Source: Tubiluchus corallicola (taxonomy: Eukaryota > Animalia > Priapulida). From it: a stretch of 64,000 nt of DNA. This document shows positions 1 to 12,094 of this stretch, in pieces (within the stretch, counting starts at the first letter, position 1; every line of letters starts with the position of its first letter). The position numbers and the translations under genes were made by a program. Under the pieces are notes generated by a model, which worked only from the letters and a program-made list of their open reading frames with translations, made no database searches and was not told where the DNA came from. The stretch is from the NCBI GenBank assembly GCA_030141605.1, contig JAQGDQ010000495.1, positions 100,276-164,275 of the forward strand. Reading direction: 5' to 3'.

Positions 1-1150
1 AGATCAAACGTCCATTGTGTGAGCTTCATGAATTACCATAAGTAAAGACTTGCATCGTATAGGCAGTCCATCAGGGAACATTTTATTTGTAAATAATTTT
101 TATTGCTAATGACTTATAATGTTTGATCTCACGTGTATTTATGACATTTTGTGCATGTGAAAACTATTGATTTTTATTAAATTTTTAAAATAGACAATAG
201 TTAGTATTACACCTAACAGCTTTTTGTAGACATACTACAGGAAACAGTGAGTGTTTTTCAAGGGTGGGTATAGCATCATTTAGATTAGGTGTGAGGAAAT
301 CGTAGTAACTCCAAAATCGTAATCTTAAAATTATTTTTGGTACCCAGTGTTCCGTGCATAATGTAGTTAAAGGCAGGTAACTAAGTGAGTTAACAAATGT
401 GCATGTTTGTACATGTTACTATTGTTATTTTTCATACGTGAGTAACTTTAGATGGCAGCAACAAGTAATTTGTGGCTGTCTCCCATGTAAAACTGTTTGG
501 ATTACAAGTAAGAGAGTGTAATAAAAAACTATTTGGATAGGATCTTATAATTGTTAATGCAGTGATTATTATAATGCATATTATTGTACTGAAATGAGAT
601 TTTTGTGTATATAAAATGTGATTAATTAACTTAATTTATGATTTTAATGTGTATATTATGGATAAAACTGTTGCTTGATGTATATAATTATTATTACTAT
701 TATAAAACATCAATAATAATAATAACATAATTTGGTTTGAAATAAACTCTTTGTATAATATTCATAAAATATTTATTTTTGTTTCTTATGTACTGCTATT
801 AATAATTGAGCTGTAAGATGTCATAAAGCATAAAAACTTTGTTTATAAAAGTATTTATTTTATTGAGTTATTATTAGGATGGTTAGTCACTTTACATAAA
901 CTATGGCTTCTATTATTGCATAGTAAGTGTGAAAACTGAAGACAAATACCGGAAATTTTAATATTGTATAAAAATATTTGCTCCACAATAATACTTAATG
1001 GCAGTACATGGCACACATAACATAACATAACAAAAACTACAAGTACTAGTTAAAAACAGCTGCTCACCAAAATAACACATCCTTGAACAACAACTATAAT
1101 AATGGAAAAGAAACAAATTTATAAATATTGGGAAAATAAACAAAAGTTGT

Positions 1151-1357
1151 GTTCGAGTAAAAATACAAAGAAGTATAGCTGCCAAATCAACATCCAAACA
1201 AACAAAACAATAATGACTTATAAGGATCTAGAAGTACACAATTAAAAATCTCATCTATCACCTTAGTAATCCTGTTTCATGATTGCTATTATCTCATACT
1301 TTTCATAGTATGCAATCAGAAAATATTAATGATGAATCACGCATGGCAATCATTACA
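1151..1357. repeat. ~205-bp dispersed direct repeat, copy 1 (copy 2 at 3673-3878)
   Basis: Near-identical sequence gttcgag..agctgccaaatcaacatccaaacaaacaaaacaataatg..gcaatcagaaa..gatgaatca at both sites. Confidence 0.9.
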
Positions 1358-1796
1358 AATTCTTGAATTAGCTTAAAAATAAGATAGTGCTCTTCTCAGA
1401 CTTGCCATGGTCATAAAAGAAGAAGTTAAAATGCCCATAAATTTCAAGAATTCTTTATTTTTTCAGGAGCTTTTGGTCTCTCGGACTTCATCAACTGCAC
1501 AGATAGATACAATAATAAAAAATTACAGATGAAACTACATGTAAAATAAAATATAATGTCAGTAAAATAAAGGGCACAAAAAGCATGAAGAGGCTGAAAT
1601 GTAGTTCTTTTTTTACCATTTATTTTGCTGACGTTGTTCACCTTTATTTTATAGGTAGTTTCATCTGTAATTTTTTATTGTATCTTTCTGTGCAGCTGAT
1701 GAAGACCGAGAGGACGAATTCTCGACTTACATGAACTTATTCTCTGATAATATTTCTACCTCCATTAGCATACTTAACATTATTGTAGATTTAAGG

Positions 1797-4700
1797 TTAA
1801 AGTATCGTGCAGTGATCACTCAAGCTGTTTGTGCTTGCAGTAGAAGTGTTTCCGTTCGCGTCCGCAGTCTCTTCAGACAGGTTCGGTTCACTTGATGAAT
1901 TTTTCTCCGATTTTTGCCTTTTCGTCAGAAAGCTAAACCAAGATAAGACATTATCTTTGTAAAAACAACTTAAATCGTTCGTCCTAGCAGATTATCGTGG
2001 GACAATTCTTTTATTTTCATCAACTAAAACTGTATTAACGGCAACAGATTTATCTTTGGGGAAACCTCAACAGGTTTATCTTTGGGGAACCTCAACAGCT
2101 TTATCTTTGGGAAATCTTAGTAATAATAATAGTTTCAAACACAGAACGACTGTATAAAACATGCATTCATTCGCATTATTAAAACAAAGCCACATATTTG
2201 TTTTAATAATATGAGCACGTTTTATGCAACAGTTTGTGTCTTTGAAAATGTATTTACACCTCAAGAAGAAACTCTTGGCAGCAGAAAATCACAAAACACT
2301 TTTGAAAGCACTTCATTACACATTGTACTTGAAACTTAATTAATGTTTAAGCAATGCGTCAAATGGTGTGATACTTAATTCTTTCCAATAACAGTGCTTT
2401 TACAGTAGATAATAATAATGATAGTAATAATAATAACAATTTATTATTTATATAGTGCATCACATCAAGGGATCTCTATGACTTTACAATTAAAAAGTCT
2501 GTTATAACTTAAAATTACATATACAGTCATTATAAAATTAATTATTCTAAAATCACAAAATTTTACTAATTGCAAATAGTGCTATAGGATTTATAAGATT
2601 GATTTTAAATAATCGTTAATTGTGCACATTTTAGTTTACCTGGGTATAGCACCTTTGCCACAAAGCTGTACCTCTTCTTCCTCATTCAGTGACGAGTCTG
2701 AATCGTACCGAACAAACTGCAGGTTACCGTGATCATTAAATGGAATCATACGCTGCATACTGGTCATGCTTTGTCGCCGATCTGCATCCACCTGGTGAAA
2801 TGGATCCGGAAGCATTGCAATGTTGCTTTCTGCTAGATCGACATAATCCCGTTCAATCTGCATAGAACTTTCTGCATCCTCCATCTCGTTTTCCTGAAAG
2901 TGAAACCAATTAGAGATCTAAAAGAATTTACTTCCAAATGACTAACAGTTTTTATGTATACGGCCGGATCAGAAGGTGATGACAAAAGACTGCATGCAGT
3001 TATCATTCTTATTCATTCTTCAGTCTGAGTCAGCTCCGCCAACTATTGATTGGTCAAGAAATGATCTTACGCTTCCATAATACCAATGATTAGTAATGTT
3101 AGTCAATAATGAAGCAAGTCCAACGAAAGCTCGGAAAGTTGTCTTTTCATTAACTTCGTTATTTAAGCAGTGAATGTTTTCGAACCAATTAACGCTACGG
3201 GAATGATAATAGTGGACAGCACAGAACACGATAAAAAATCCATGACAGTAAAACTTGGAAATCTAAGAAGTGACTTTAAAATGACCGTTACCTTTATGCA
3301 AATTATGTGATCACTATATTACCATTACAATAAACTGCTACCTTTCTATTTATAAGTAATTGTAAGCAAAGGCAGTGAAACTCGTAGAATGTATGATTTA
3401 TCTAACTTAAACATTAATGATTTTTAAACAAGATGTCATGGTAATAAATGCTCTACATTAACATTACTAAATTGGACTTGAAAGTATGGCTTCATTTAAA
3501 ACATCACATAACAGAGCATTTTGCCAGAACATGCTGTCATATGTTACACAAAGGTTTCTTACAGCATTAGCTTTTCCAATTTGCTTGTATGCCGGTCTAC
3601 ACAGAATGAGTTCACCACTATGCTGTTTACTCATACAATTTAAAGCAAAATTGGACCCAATCTTAAACTGCAGTTCGAGCAAAAATACAAAGAAATAAAG
3701 CTGCCAAATCAACATCCAAACAAACAAAACAATAATGGCGTATAAGGATCTAGAAGTACACAATTCAAAATCTTATCTATCACCTTAGTAATCCTGTTTC
3801 ACGATTGCTATTATCTCATACTTTTCATAGTATGCAATCAGAAATTATTAATGATGAATCATTCATGGCAATTATTACGACTTACGTGAAAGAATTACTA
3901 CCACACAAACACAATTTTGCGTTCGCGCCACTAGTTCTTCGCTTGTACATGCATTTCGCTATTTGCTAGTTAGACGGGCACTAGCGATTGCATTTCGGAA
4001 ATGCATTGCAGAAAAAACAAGTGCTGCACCTCTCAGTTCAGATGCGTTAGTTTCTGACGTACTACATGTTTGAGCACCGTGGTAAATTTGAAATTTAAAT
4101 TTTTATCTTGAAACTTTCTTTGTTTTAGTACAACATACCGAATACAGTACCACTGCACTTCAATTTTCGTTTTCGCAAACACGCTCATGGAATGTTTGTG
4201 CTGTTGAAAATAATGTTAGTTTGTGATGTCATCAATAGTAGGGCTCACCAGCCGTTAATTAAGTTTTTAATCTATGATTTAATTATCCGAAATGCTTTAG
4301 CAGTATTAACTGTGTCAAAATGTATACTTTTTATCGGATTTGAAAATGGGGTAGTATATGAAAAATCATCTTATCTTCCTTTAAAGAATTCTCAGGGTGA
4401 ACCATGTTAGCATTTACAGCTGAAACTTTCTATAACCCAACAAGATCCAAGCAATCTTATTCAAGAACATAAAATGTACTACCAGCCAAAACAAAACCAA
4501 CCTTTTCTTGCTGTAGTGAAGAATCCTCATTGTCAGACTGGTATCCATCATTTTTTGTGCCTTCTGCATGGGCACTAGTTTCGTTATGGTGCCTGCGAGG
4601 TGAAAAAAAGTTCCTGGTAGGCGTGATACAGCCGGCCTCTGCTATAGCTTGTAACTGCTTTCGCATTGGATATAAACTATCTTTTGTTGGTGTATTACCT

Positions 4701-7700
4701 TTCTGTAATAATAACTTATATTAGTGAGGTTAGCCACCTTATCTCAGCACATTAAAGAAGTCCTATTCCAGCTTAAAAATTAATGAAATCAAATTGAAAT
4801 GCATTTACAGACAATGTAGAGTAAAAGCAGCTGCTGACATGAATTTACGATAAAATGTCTGTTAAGGTCTACCATATCATTGCCAGTGTATTAGCGTTAG
4901 AGTTTTTTACATAAGCATGTTACCTTCCTTACTGAAAAAATAACTCATAACTGTCAAAAGCCACAATTATTGAACTCAACTATCACTTACACCACCAACA
5001 GCTGCAGCCTTGGTTGCAGAACGGATTTTTTTCTGTTGCTTTAAACTTTCCTTTCGCATTTTCTGAATTGCAGCACGTCTGACTGGTTGTCTGTTGGAGC
5101 TGTCTTTTCGCAAAGTGCCCCTGCTCAATTTATACTTCCTAAAACGATATAATTTAGTAAATTTTTCTAGGTTACCAAGCAACTGCAGAAAGGATGATAC
5201 ATAAGTACACAAACCATCACACTGTATTTATTAACTTTACATTGTAAAAAAACGACTTACTCTAAGTTTCGTTAATGCCAAAAATAATCACAGCTTGAGA
5301 AGAAAATAAAGGCAATTGCTTTAATAGATACCTTGTTACTTGACTAAAGAATTTTTATACTGAACCTGGACAAATCAATTATACTGAAAGAAACTGGTTA
5401 AGTATTGTAACACTTTATCAAATGCTCTTTCAATTTTGTAATCTGTTGCAATATGCACACCTTACTATGACAGTTAACATGATGACGTGATGACATTCAT
5501 AATATAATAGACATACCGAGTTTCGGTCATAATAGTAACTAATAAGTCTATGAAAAATAGTTCAGCTCAACTCACTGTATAGTTTGCTGCAGTGTTTCTA
5601 TCCAACATCTAACCTCTTCCTGACTCTCAGAGTAGAGATATAAGATGTCTTCTTTGCAACTTATCTAAAAAAAACTTGGTAAGTCAGTAAAAAATTTAAT
5701 TTATGTGTTTATTAAAAAGCATCAGATAGAAAGCAGAGATAAATAAGCAGCATAGCGTAAATGCAAATATGGACAGTTTAGTTTGCCTATCTGCATTGGT
5801 TTAACAGTAAAATTTTGCACCTAACAATCTCTGAACGACCTGAATGAACATAACAAAAAGCTTTGAAAAAGCCCAAATTCATAACTAATACTACAGAGAA
5901 AGTCAGCAAAACAAAAACTTACCGTGAACAAGGCACCTTTAGAGTTGGTCTCTCCAAACACCGTGTGTACTGAACAATGGTTCAGGGGATATATACAGCA
6001 GCACGCATACGACATAGTTTCACACATGCTAAGTGGACGTGGCTTGGCGTATATTAACATATCATTGAAAAGAAAAAACATTCTCATGTGTGATCTTGTA
6101 CCTCTGGACCGTGATACCTGTTCACAAACATTCACAGGTATATACATGATGCCTTTTCTATATGACTTTTCCGAAAAAACAAATCGACTGTTAATCTCTA
6201 AACAGAAATTAAAGATCTATGGATGATACTAAATGGAATGGAAGCTCAAAGGTTCTGCCGCTTCCCATATGAGTGATGTATTTTCACAAATTTTGTAAAA
6301 GCAAGACGTGGAGAGCACATTGATTTAGTGGATATAATGACACTCAAATGACAAATACTAAGCAGATATCGTAAAGGATATTTGTATATATGATCTTAAT
6401 GTTTTCCATTCATAGTTCAGGTTGTTTGTTTAATAAGAGATTACTCAGTTCTTGCTACTCAACTCTCAGTACAGGAAAACAAATGTGGCAACTTTAACTG
6501 ACTTAGCTTTGAACTTAGCTTTGCACAAACATAAGTCATAACCTGCCTTTAAACATGCTTATAAAAATTTGGAAAAAAACACCCATTTCCATGGCAACAA
6601 ATTTCACGCAAAAAAACTGAATGAACTGCTTACAGTTTGAAAAAGTGAGAGAAAAATGAATTTGAAGAAATTTACCTTTAGCAGTTGCCCTTCTTTAATG
6701 AACTTGCGTCCAGGAGCGACAATTTTCGGTCCATCTTCACCTAGGATGTTCTGAATGCTTAAGCATTTGAGGAAATTCTCATGATCACGGACATGCTCGT
6801 TGATGTGTGCGGCTATTTCAGTAACATTATGCACAGCTTCTGTACATAAAAAAAACCAGAGGAATTTAGAAAGGAGAAAACATACAGACTGAAAATTTAA
6901 TCCACATAGGTGTTAGGTACATAAAATCTGCACCTCGTTTTTTCTTTTAAAATAAGAGGGCTTGTTCGTAAACTTAAATTAGAGAGCTTAAACAAGAATT
7001 CATCAATTTACAAGACTTTGATATCATATGCCAAACCAGCCAGCCAAACTCAAACAAATTCCAGGCATGCAGATAATTTTAAACGGAGCATTGAAACCAG
7101 TAACATTCAGCTTGATATACGCTGCTAAGCTTCTTGCACAAGTATGTTGCTCCGGGCTGTCTTTGCCATACAATTAAATGCAGTTATTATAGACTCAGTG
7201 TTTGCCATACAGCAGACTATAAAATTTGCATTGCAATATGGTGCCCATTGTTATGTCTGCCTCCCAATTTGCTCAAGTCTAACAACCTTTCTCTGTGCAT
7301 ATGTGGCATTTAAGATCCAAATTTGGTTAACATTTTTGTCAATAATTTATTACGTGCAAATAGTATACTGCTAAACATGCTGCAACATTGAGCAGTTTTA
7401 TCAATTCCATCAATATTGTTTCACGTTTTTCACACTAATTCTTCAGAATGATGTCCAACAACAAGACACTATAGCTTACCAGTTAGAGACGTATAGTCAT
7501 TGTGGTTAGGCTTTGTGTTCTGCTTTAATTCTTCTAATAATAGCTTATACCTAGACAAATAAAACATAGCAAACACATAGAGTGTAATGAAAATATAGAA
7601 ATTACTACTTGTTAAAACCTGTAAGTATTAAAGGCAAGAAAAATTTGTTTAAAAGGAAACTGTTTGTTTTTAACAATCACAGCTATATTCCATATTTCTG

Positions 7701-10134
7701 CTGCTGGAACAGAAATGAACAGCAAATGCCAGTAAACCTGAGTAACATGCTTTGACTGTTTCTTGTTTAAACTGAGTTTTTCTAAATGCAAACTAGAATG
7801 GAAAATAGTATTTTATAATGAGTTTGGATCCAGCACATCCTATTTGCTAATTTTTCTTGTAAAGTTGATAATTTTTATAAGGAAGTGTTTCCCTGTATTT
7901 ATAATTGTCATGAATCCATTTTTTTCTTAAAAATTTAGAATATTTATATATGCCAGTTAAATAGATAGGCATGATCCATTTAATGGGCACATATGAGGGC
8001 CATATTGGGAAAACGAAATTCTTCATACAAAACATCAGCCTCTTAAGATTAAAACTGTAGCCTGTGATAGCTTTCAAAGATAAAGGTGATTTTTCACCAC
8101 CACCAACAGCAACAAAAACGACAACACGACAAAGCTTAAGGGATTCCACATTTCATGCCAAACAAAAAAAAACACGTATATTGCACTTCAACTAGCTTGA
8201 ACAAAACTTGTCTTTTCTATAGTATAAGAAAGGCGATCACAAGAATTAGTACCTTGGAATTCGTTGAATGGGAGTTATGAGTAGCGCATTGAGTTTTAGT
8301 CCCTTCACTTCTGGACGACTCTCCTGCCTTTCTTTGAACAAACGAAAATGTCGATTCTTTTGTTCACAATCCTATGAACATCAACATGATGAGTGTACAA
8401 AGACCGCAATGTGTATAGTAATTTCTAAGAAAATCAGAAGCTAGAGACACAATCTATGGTACAGTAAAATAATTACATGAGTCTCTTTTATGCTCATCAT
8501 TACTTGGTGTAGACAAATGCCTAAGCAGACATCTCGAAATCATTCTCATAATCTTTAAACTACAAAGTTCTAATGTAAGCAGTAAACAGTATAACACACA
8601 CACATTTAATAAGTACACAGTGTTGTACTCTAGTACTTTGCATTTTAATGCTATACAGTACGCTGTCTTTGCCGACTTCTGTCATTAAAGTAGATAGCTC
8701 TACAAACTATACTTTCGTAGCTTCAAAGAGCGAAATAAACATTTGAATTAATGGCGACAACAATCGTAAAATTCCAAAGAAATCAAACTGCAAACCTGTA
8801 ATGCTGATGCAGCATGTTGAAAGTTTTTGGCATATGCAGAATAAAGCTTAAGGTAAGGACCAAGTTTTATAAATGCTGAACCAATACTGGTTTTCTCCAA
8901 ATACTCCAGCAAAGCCTACACAGAAAAAATATGTATAAAGAAGTATTACTGATTACTTCTTTATTAAATTAATGTGTAGTAGTGGTGCTCCAAAAGTGCA
9001 AACAACAAAACCTTCTGTTGCGTTAGGCCCTTAACTACAAAGTTTACATACATGTAGTACAGCTCAGCACAAATTTCAAAGACCGATAAACTAAATCATA
9101 ACTTTACAGTTTTGTACATTTTATGAAACACATAAAAATGAGTGGAATTACCTGAACAAAAAAAACTATGCAGCTACAATTGTACATGTGTCTGGATGCT
9201 TCTGTCTGGCAAGACATAAAACATGTTTAAATGAAATGACTTAAAGCACTAAATAAAAGAAATCTGCCAGCTCAGCATTTACGTTTAACTCAAGTATAAA
9301 GTTCTAAAGCTAACCTGATTAACACTGCGTATTGAACGAATGTTTCCAAATACATTTGTCACCACGTTTTCATTGAGTAGTTGATTGGCTTCCAAGGGTT
9401 CAATAAACCACTGTATTTTAAATAAATTACTGTTAGTACTGACGACACATTCAAGTGGACAAAACAAAACACAGAGCATTACACAAACACAAAGCTAATT
9501 TGAATCACAAAGACATTAATTACTTGAATACAACAAATATTCCACAAGTATAATAATGCAGCCAACAACAGCTACATAGACCTAAGCACAGTTTTTACAA
9601 AAGTTTGTTGTAAATATTTTCACGAATGGCTATATGACTCATACTAGAGCAATAACAATAATTTTGCAAATTGAATAGCAAGGAAAACCAACCTAAATTT
9701 TTCATTATTACTACTTTTAATAAGAAAATTTAACATGTGCAATGTTAGTTTAATCCTACTAATTTTGACTAATGAACTTCTTTTTTTGTTAACAGATGTC
9801 GCCACATTATACACTGACAAATACAGAACATTATTAGTCTTGTCTAAATGTCATCATATCACCTACTAGAACAATAAATAAGCAAACAGAAACTAGGGTA
9901 CCTTTAACCTTAAATATGCAAGAAATTCTGTTAATGATGTACCTTGATTATCAAGTCTAAATGACCAATATAAACTTTCTCAGTAGCAATGAGCTCGCAT
10001 ACAAGTTTTGTTCGAACTCGTTCTTGTCTTGCTTCTTCCTCTCTTTCTATCAAGAATAAGACGTCTCCTTTTTCAAGGCTTGTATGCTCTGGAGACTTTG
10101 TGTCTGGTAAATCCATTTCACATAGAACAGACAT
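1797..10134 (-). CDS. ARHGEF39: Rho guanine nucleotide exchange factor 39-like (DH + PH domains, long C-terminal extension ending in CaaX)
   Basis: Phase-compatible GT-AG exons: 9943-10134, 9315-9410, 8796-8915, 8253-8371, 7480-7550, 6676-6839, 5923-6117, 5576-5664, 4991-5138, 4502-4702, 2640-2893, 1797-1932 (alternative acceptor gives 1797-1983); about 594 aa. DH motifs ELIATEKVYI and LLITPIQRIPRY. The PH segment RMFFLFNDMLIYAKPRP...IYPLNHCSVHTVFG and QESRPEVKGL match my recollection of ARHGEF39. The last exon is less certain than the DH-PH core. Confidence 0.88.
2044..2116. repeat. 25-26 bp tandem repeat, 3 copies
   Basis: aacagNtttatctttggg(g)aa(a)cctc unit repeated three times, the third copy diverged at its end. 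Confidence 0.85.
3673..3878. repeat. ~205-bp dispersed direct repeat, copy 2 (intronic)
   Basis: Matches 1151-1357 with scattered substitutions. Confidence 0.9.
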
Positions 10135-10424
10135 TTTAAACCTGAAAAAAGTATATTTTATTTTAGGTGATTGGCAGCCGTAGGCAGAATAAGCCTACAT
10201 AAATAAATTATATGCTAATGTACCTGGTAAAAGTTATCTGCTAAAACTGTTAATAATAAATAAATCTACATACATGTATGTAGATTAATGTGTACAGTTG
10301 AATTTAATTTACAGTTGTGAATGTGTCTATAATTTTACCAATAGAATAGGTTGATAGTAAGTAAGTAAATGATTTATTTGTCTCTGGATGTTACAAAATA
10401 AATACGAACAAAAGCAAAAAACTA

Positions 10425-10917
10425 CCGCATTTATTCGAGTATAACGCGCACCCCTAATTTTCTATTAAAAATCGGTATCAAATTTTGTTTCACTTTTTCT
10501 CGGCTCAGACCAAGCATTGTAAGTGACAAACGTTGTTGAACACGTGCGTTGTTGAACAACTCCCGTCTCTAATATTCGTCTCTGGTACAGTGAATTCTCG
10601 GCCAGATGCTCGATTTCCGTGGGCCAGGCACCGTCCGACAAAGTCTGCTGATGACGCAAATACTATTAACTATTTCCTTACCTATGCCTCAACTCTGCAG
10701 TGAGTGTTGCCCATAGGCGTTTTGTGGGTCGAGAGATGTGGCTGCATTCAATGTTTTGCGATTGTGGTCAGCGAAATCTTTGACTAATGAGTCATTGCAC
10801 AAATAATATATTGATACATCTAAGCGTGTCACCCCAGCCCTCGTTTATAACGCGCACCCAAACTTAGAGTTCTTTTTTAGGTAGAAAATTTTGCGCGTTA
10901 TACTGGAATAAATACGG
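10425..10917. mobile_element. Non-autonomous Tc1/mariner-superfamily (pogo/Tc2-like) MITE
   Basis: About 26-bp TIRs CCGCATTTATTCGAGTATAACGCGCA / TGCGCGTTATACTGGAATAAATACGG, with TA on both sides (10423-24, 10918-19). Internal copy of tataacgcgcaccc near 10846. Confidence 0.85.
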
Positions 10918-11900
10918 TAAAGTGAAGATGGAAAAGAGACGAGGTGGCGAAAAGACCAAGGGTCACCAGGTAAACTACCTCGATCCAAATTGAAGAAAAG
11001 TAAGTATCCTGTCAAGTAAGGTATGTACAAATGAAAATAATTGCCAACTTAACAAAAAAATGAGGCAACAAGTTCAAATGAGTTTAAATTTAGAAACAAT
11101 AAATAAATTTGGCAATAAGAAGCTGCAAAATTGAAATTTACAAACAAAACAAAAAATTTAAATTAAAATCAAGAGACTAAGTCCAACTCAATAGAAACAA
11201 AACTAAAAGTTACATATAAATCAAGAAACTCATTTCATCATACGAAGCAAAAAAATGAACAATGTCAAGCCATGAGTAAATCATCACCACGTCAAGCACC
11301 TCTATCCATATTTAAAGGAAATTATATAACCTGACAAGTACAGACAAGGAAAATTATAACAATCAACACTTTAAAAAGAAAAAATACAGATAAATAACTA
11401 GGGAGATAACGGTATGAAACAATATTTAAATTAATAAAATAGCTAAAACAAAAATTTGGATAGATCAGTTAATAGATAGCTGGCAATAAATCTGTATAAA
11501 AATTGGTAAATAAAAATTCTAGAGAAGAAATGATACATACTACTACTAGTAGTAGTATAGTAGTGATATGATTGATACTACTATTACTAGTGTCTGTCAG
11601 CGTCAGACATGGCAAATATACGACTACTTAAATTAAATGATTTCAATAACTGTGCCACATTAACTTTGATTTAGTTATAACTTTACATTTAAAATTTGCA
11701 TCTTCTTTTTCTGTTGCTCTAAACATCTATTGTAGATACAGTATTAATCTACTCTTTATAGCACCCCATTGTTTCCTGTCTGCAGTTAAAATTTTCAACT
11801 CCTGCAATGCTATTGATAAGCTTGACCTCAACTGTTGTAAGTCTTTACCAACTCTTGATATCCAAATTGTTTTTGGTTCGCCTGGCTTGAGGTGGTTTAC

Positions 11901-12094
11901 CAGGTTTCAGTGTCTCGTTTAATGCTAATCTTACTGGTAAATTTGCAAACAATGATCACTTTAAATTTCCCATACAACAAGCAATAAAGTGATTCGTTTA
12001 CCTCTACAATTTTTATAAAATTCATTTCAAATTCGTTTATTGATAAAATCCAGAGTAACCGGACAGTATTTTTTTCGAAAAAAGTACGTGGCAT
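11901..12094 (-). other. Putative first exon of the ARHGEF39-like gene (5' UTR or in-frame N-terminal extension)
   Basis: Donor CTG|gtaaac at 11900 can join the polypyrimidine acceptor at 10142-10143. The join reads TG|G TTT AAA ATG, in frame with the ORF starting at 12094. Confidence 0.4.

Noticed and set aside
1-45. Possible last codons of an upstream plus-strand gene (e.g. IKRPLCELHELP*)
   Set aside because: Too short and the frame is ambiguous; no supporting motif.
1696-1725. CTGATGAagaccgagaggacGAAt hammerhead-like string
   Set aside because: Stem II is mismatched, GAAA is broken, and no stem I or III was found.
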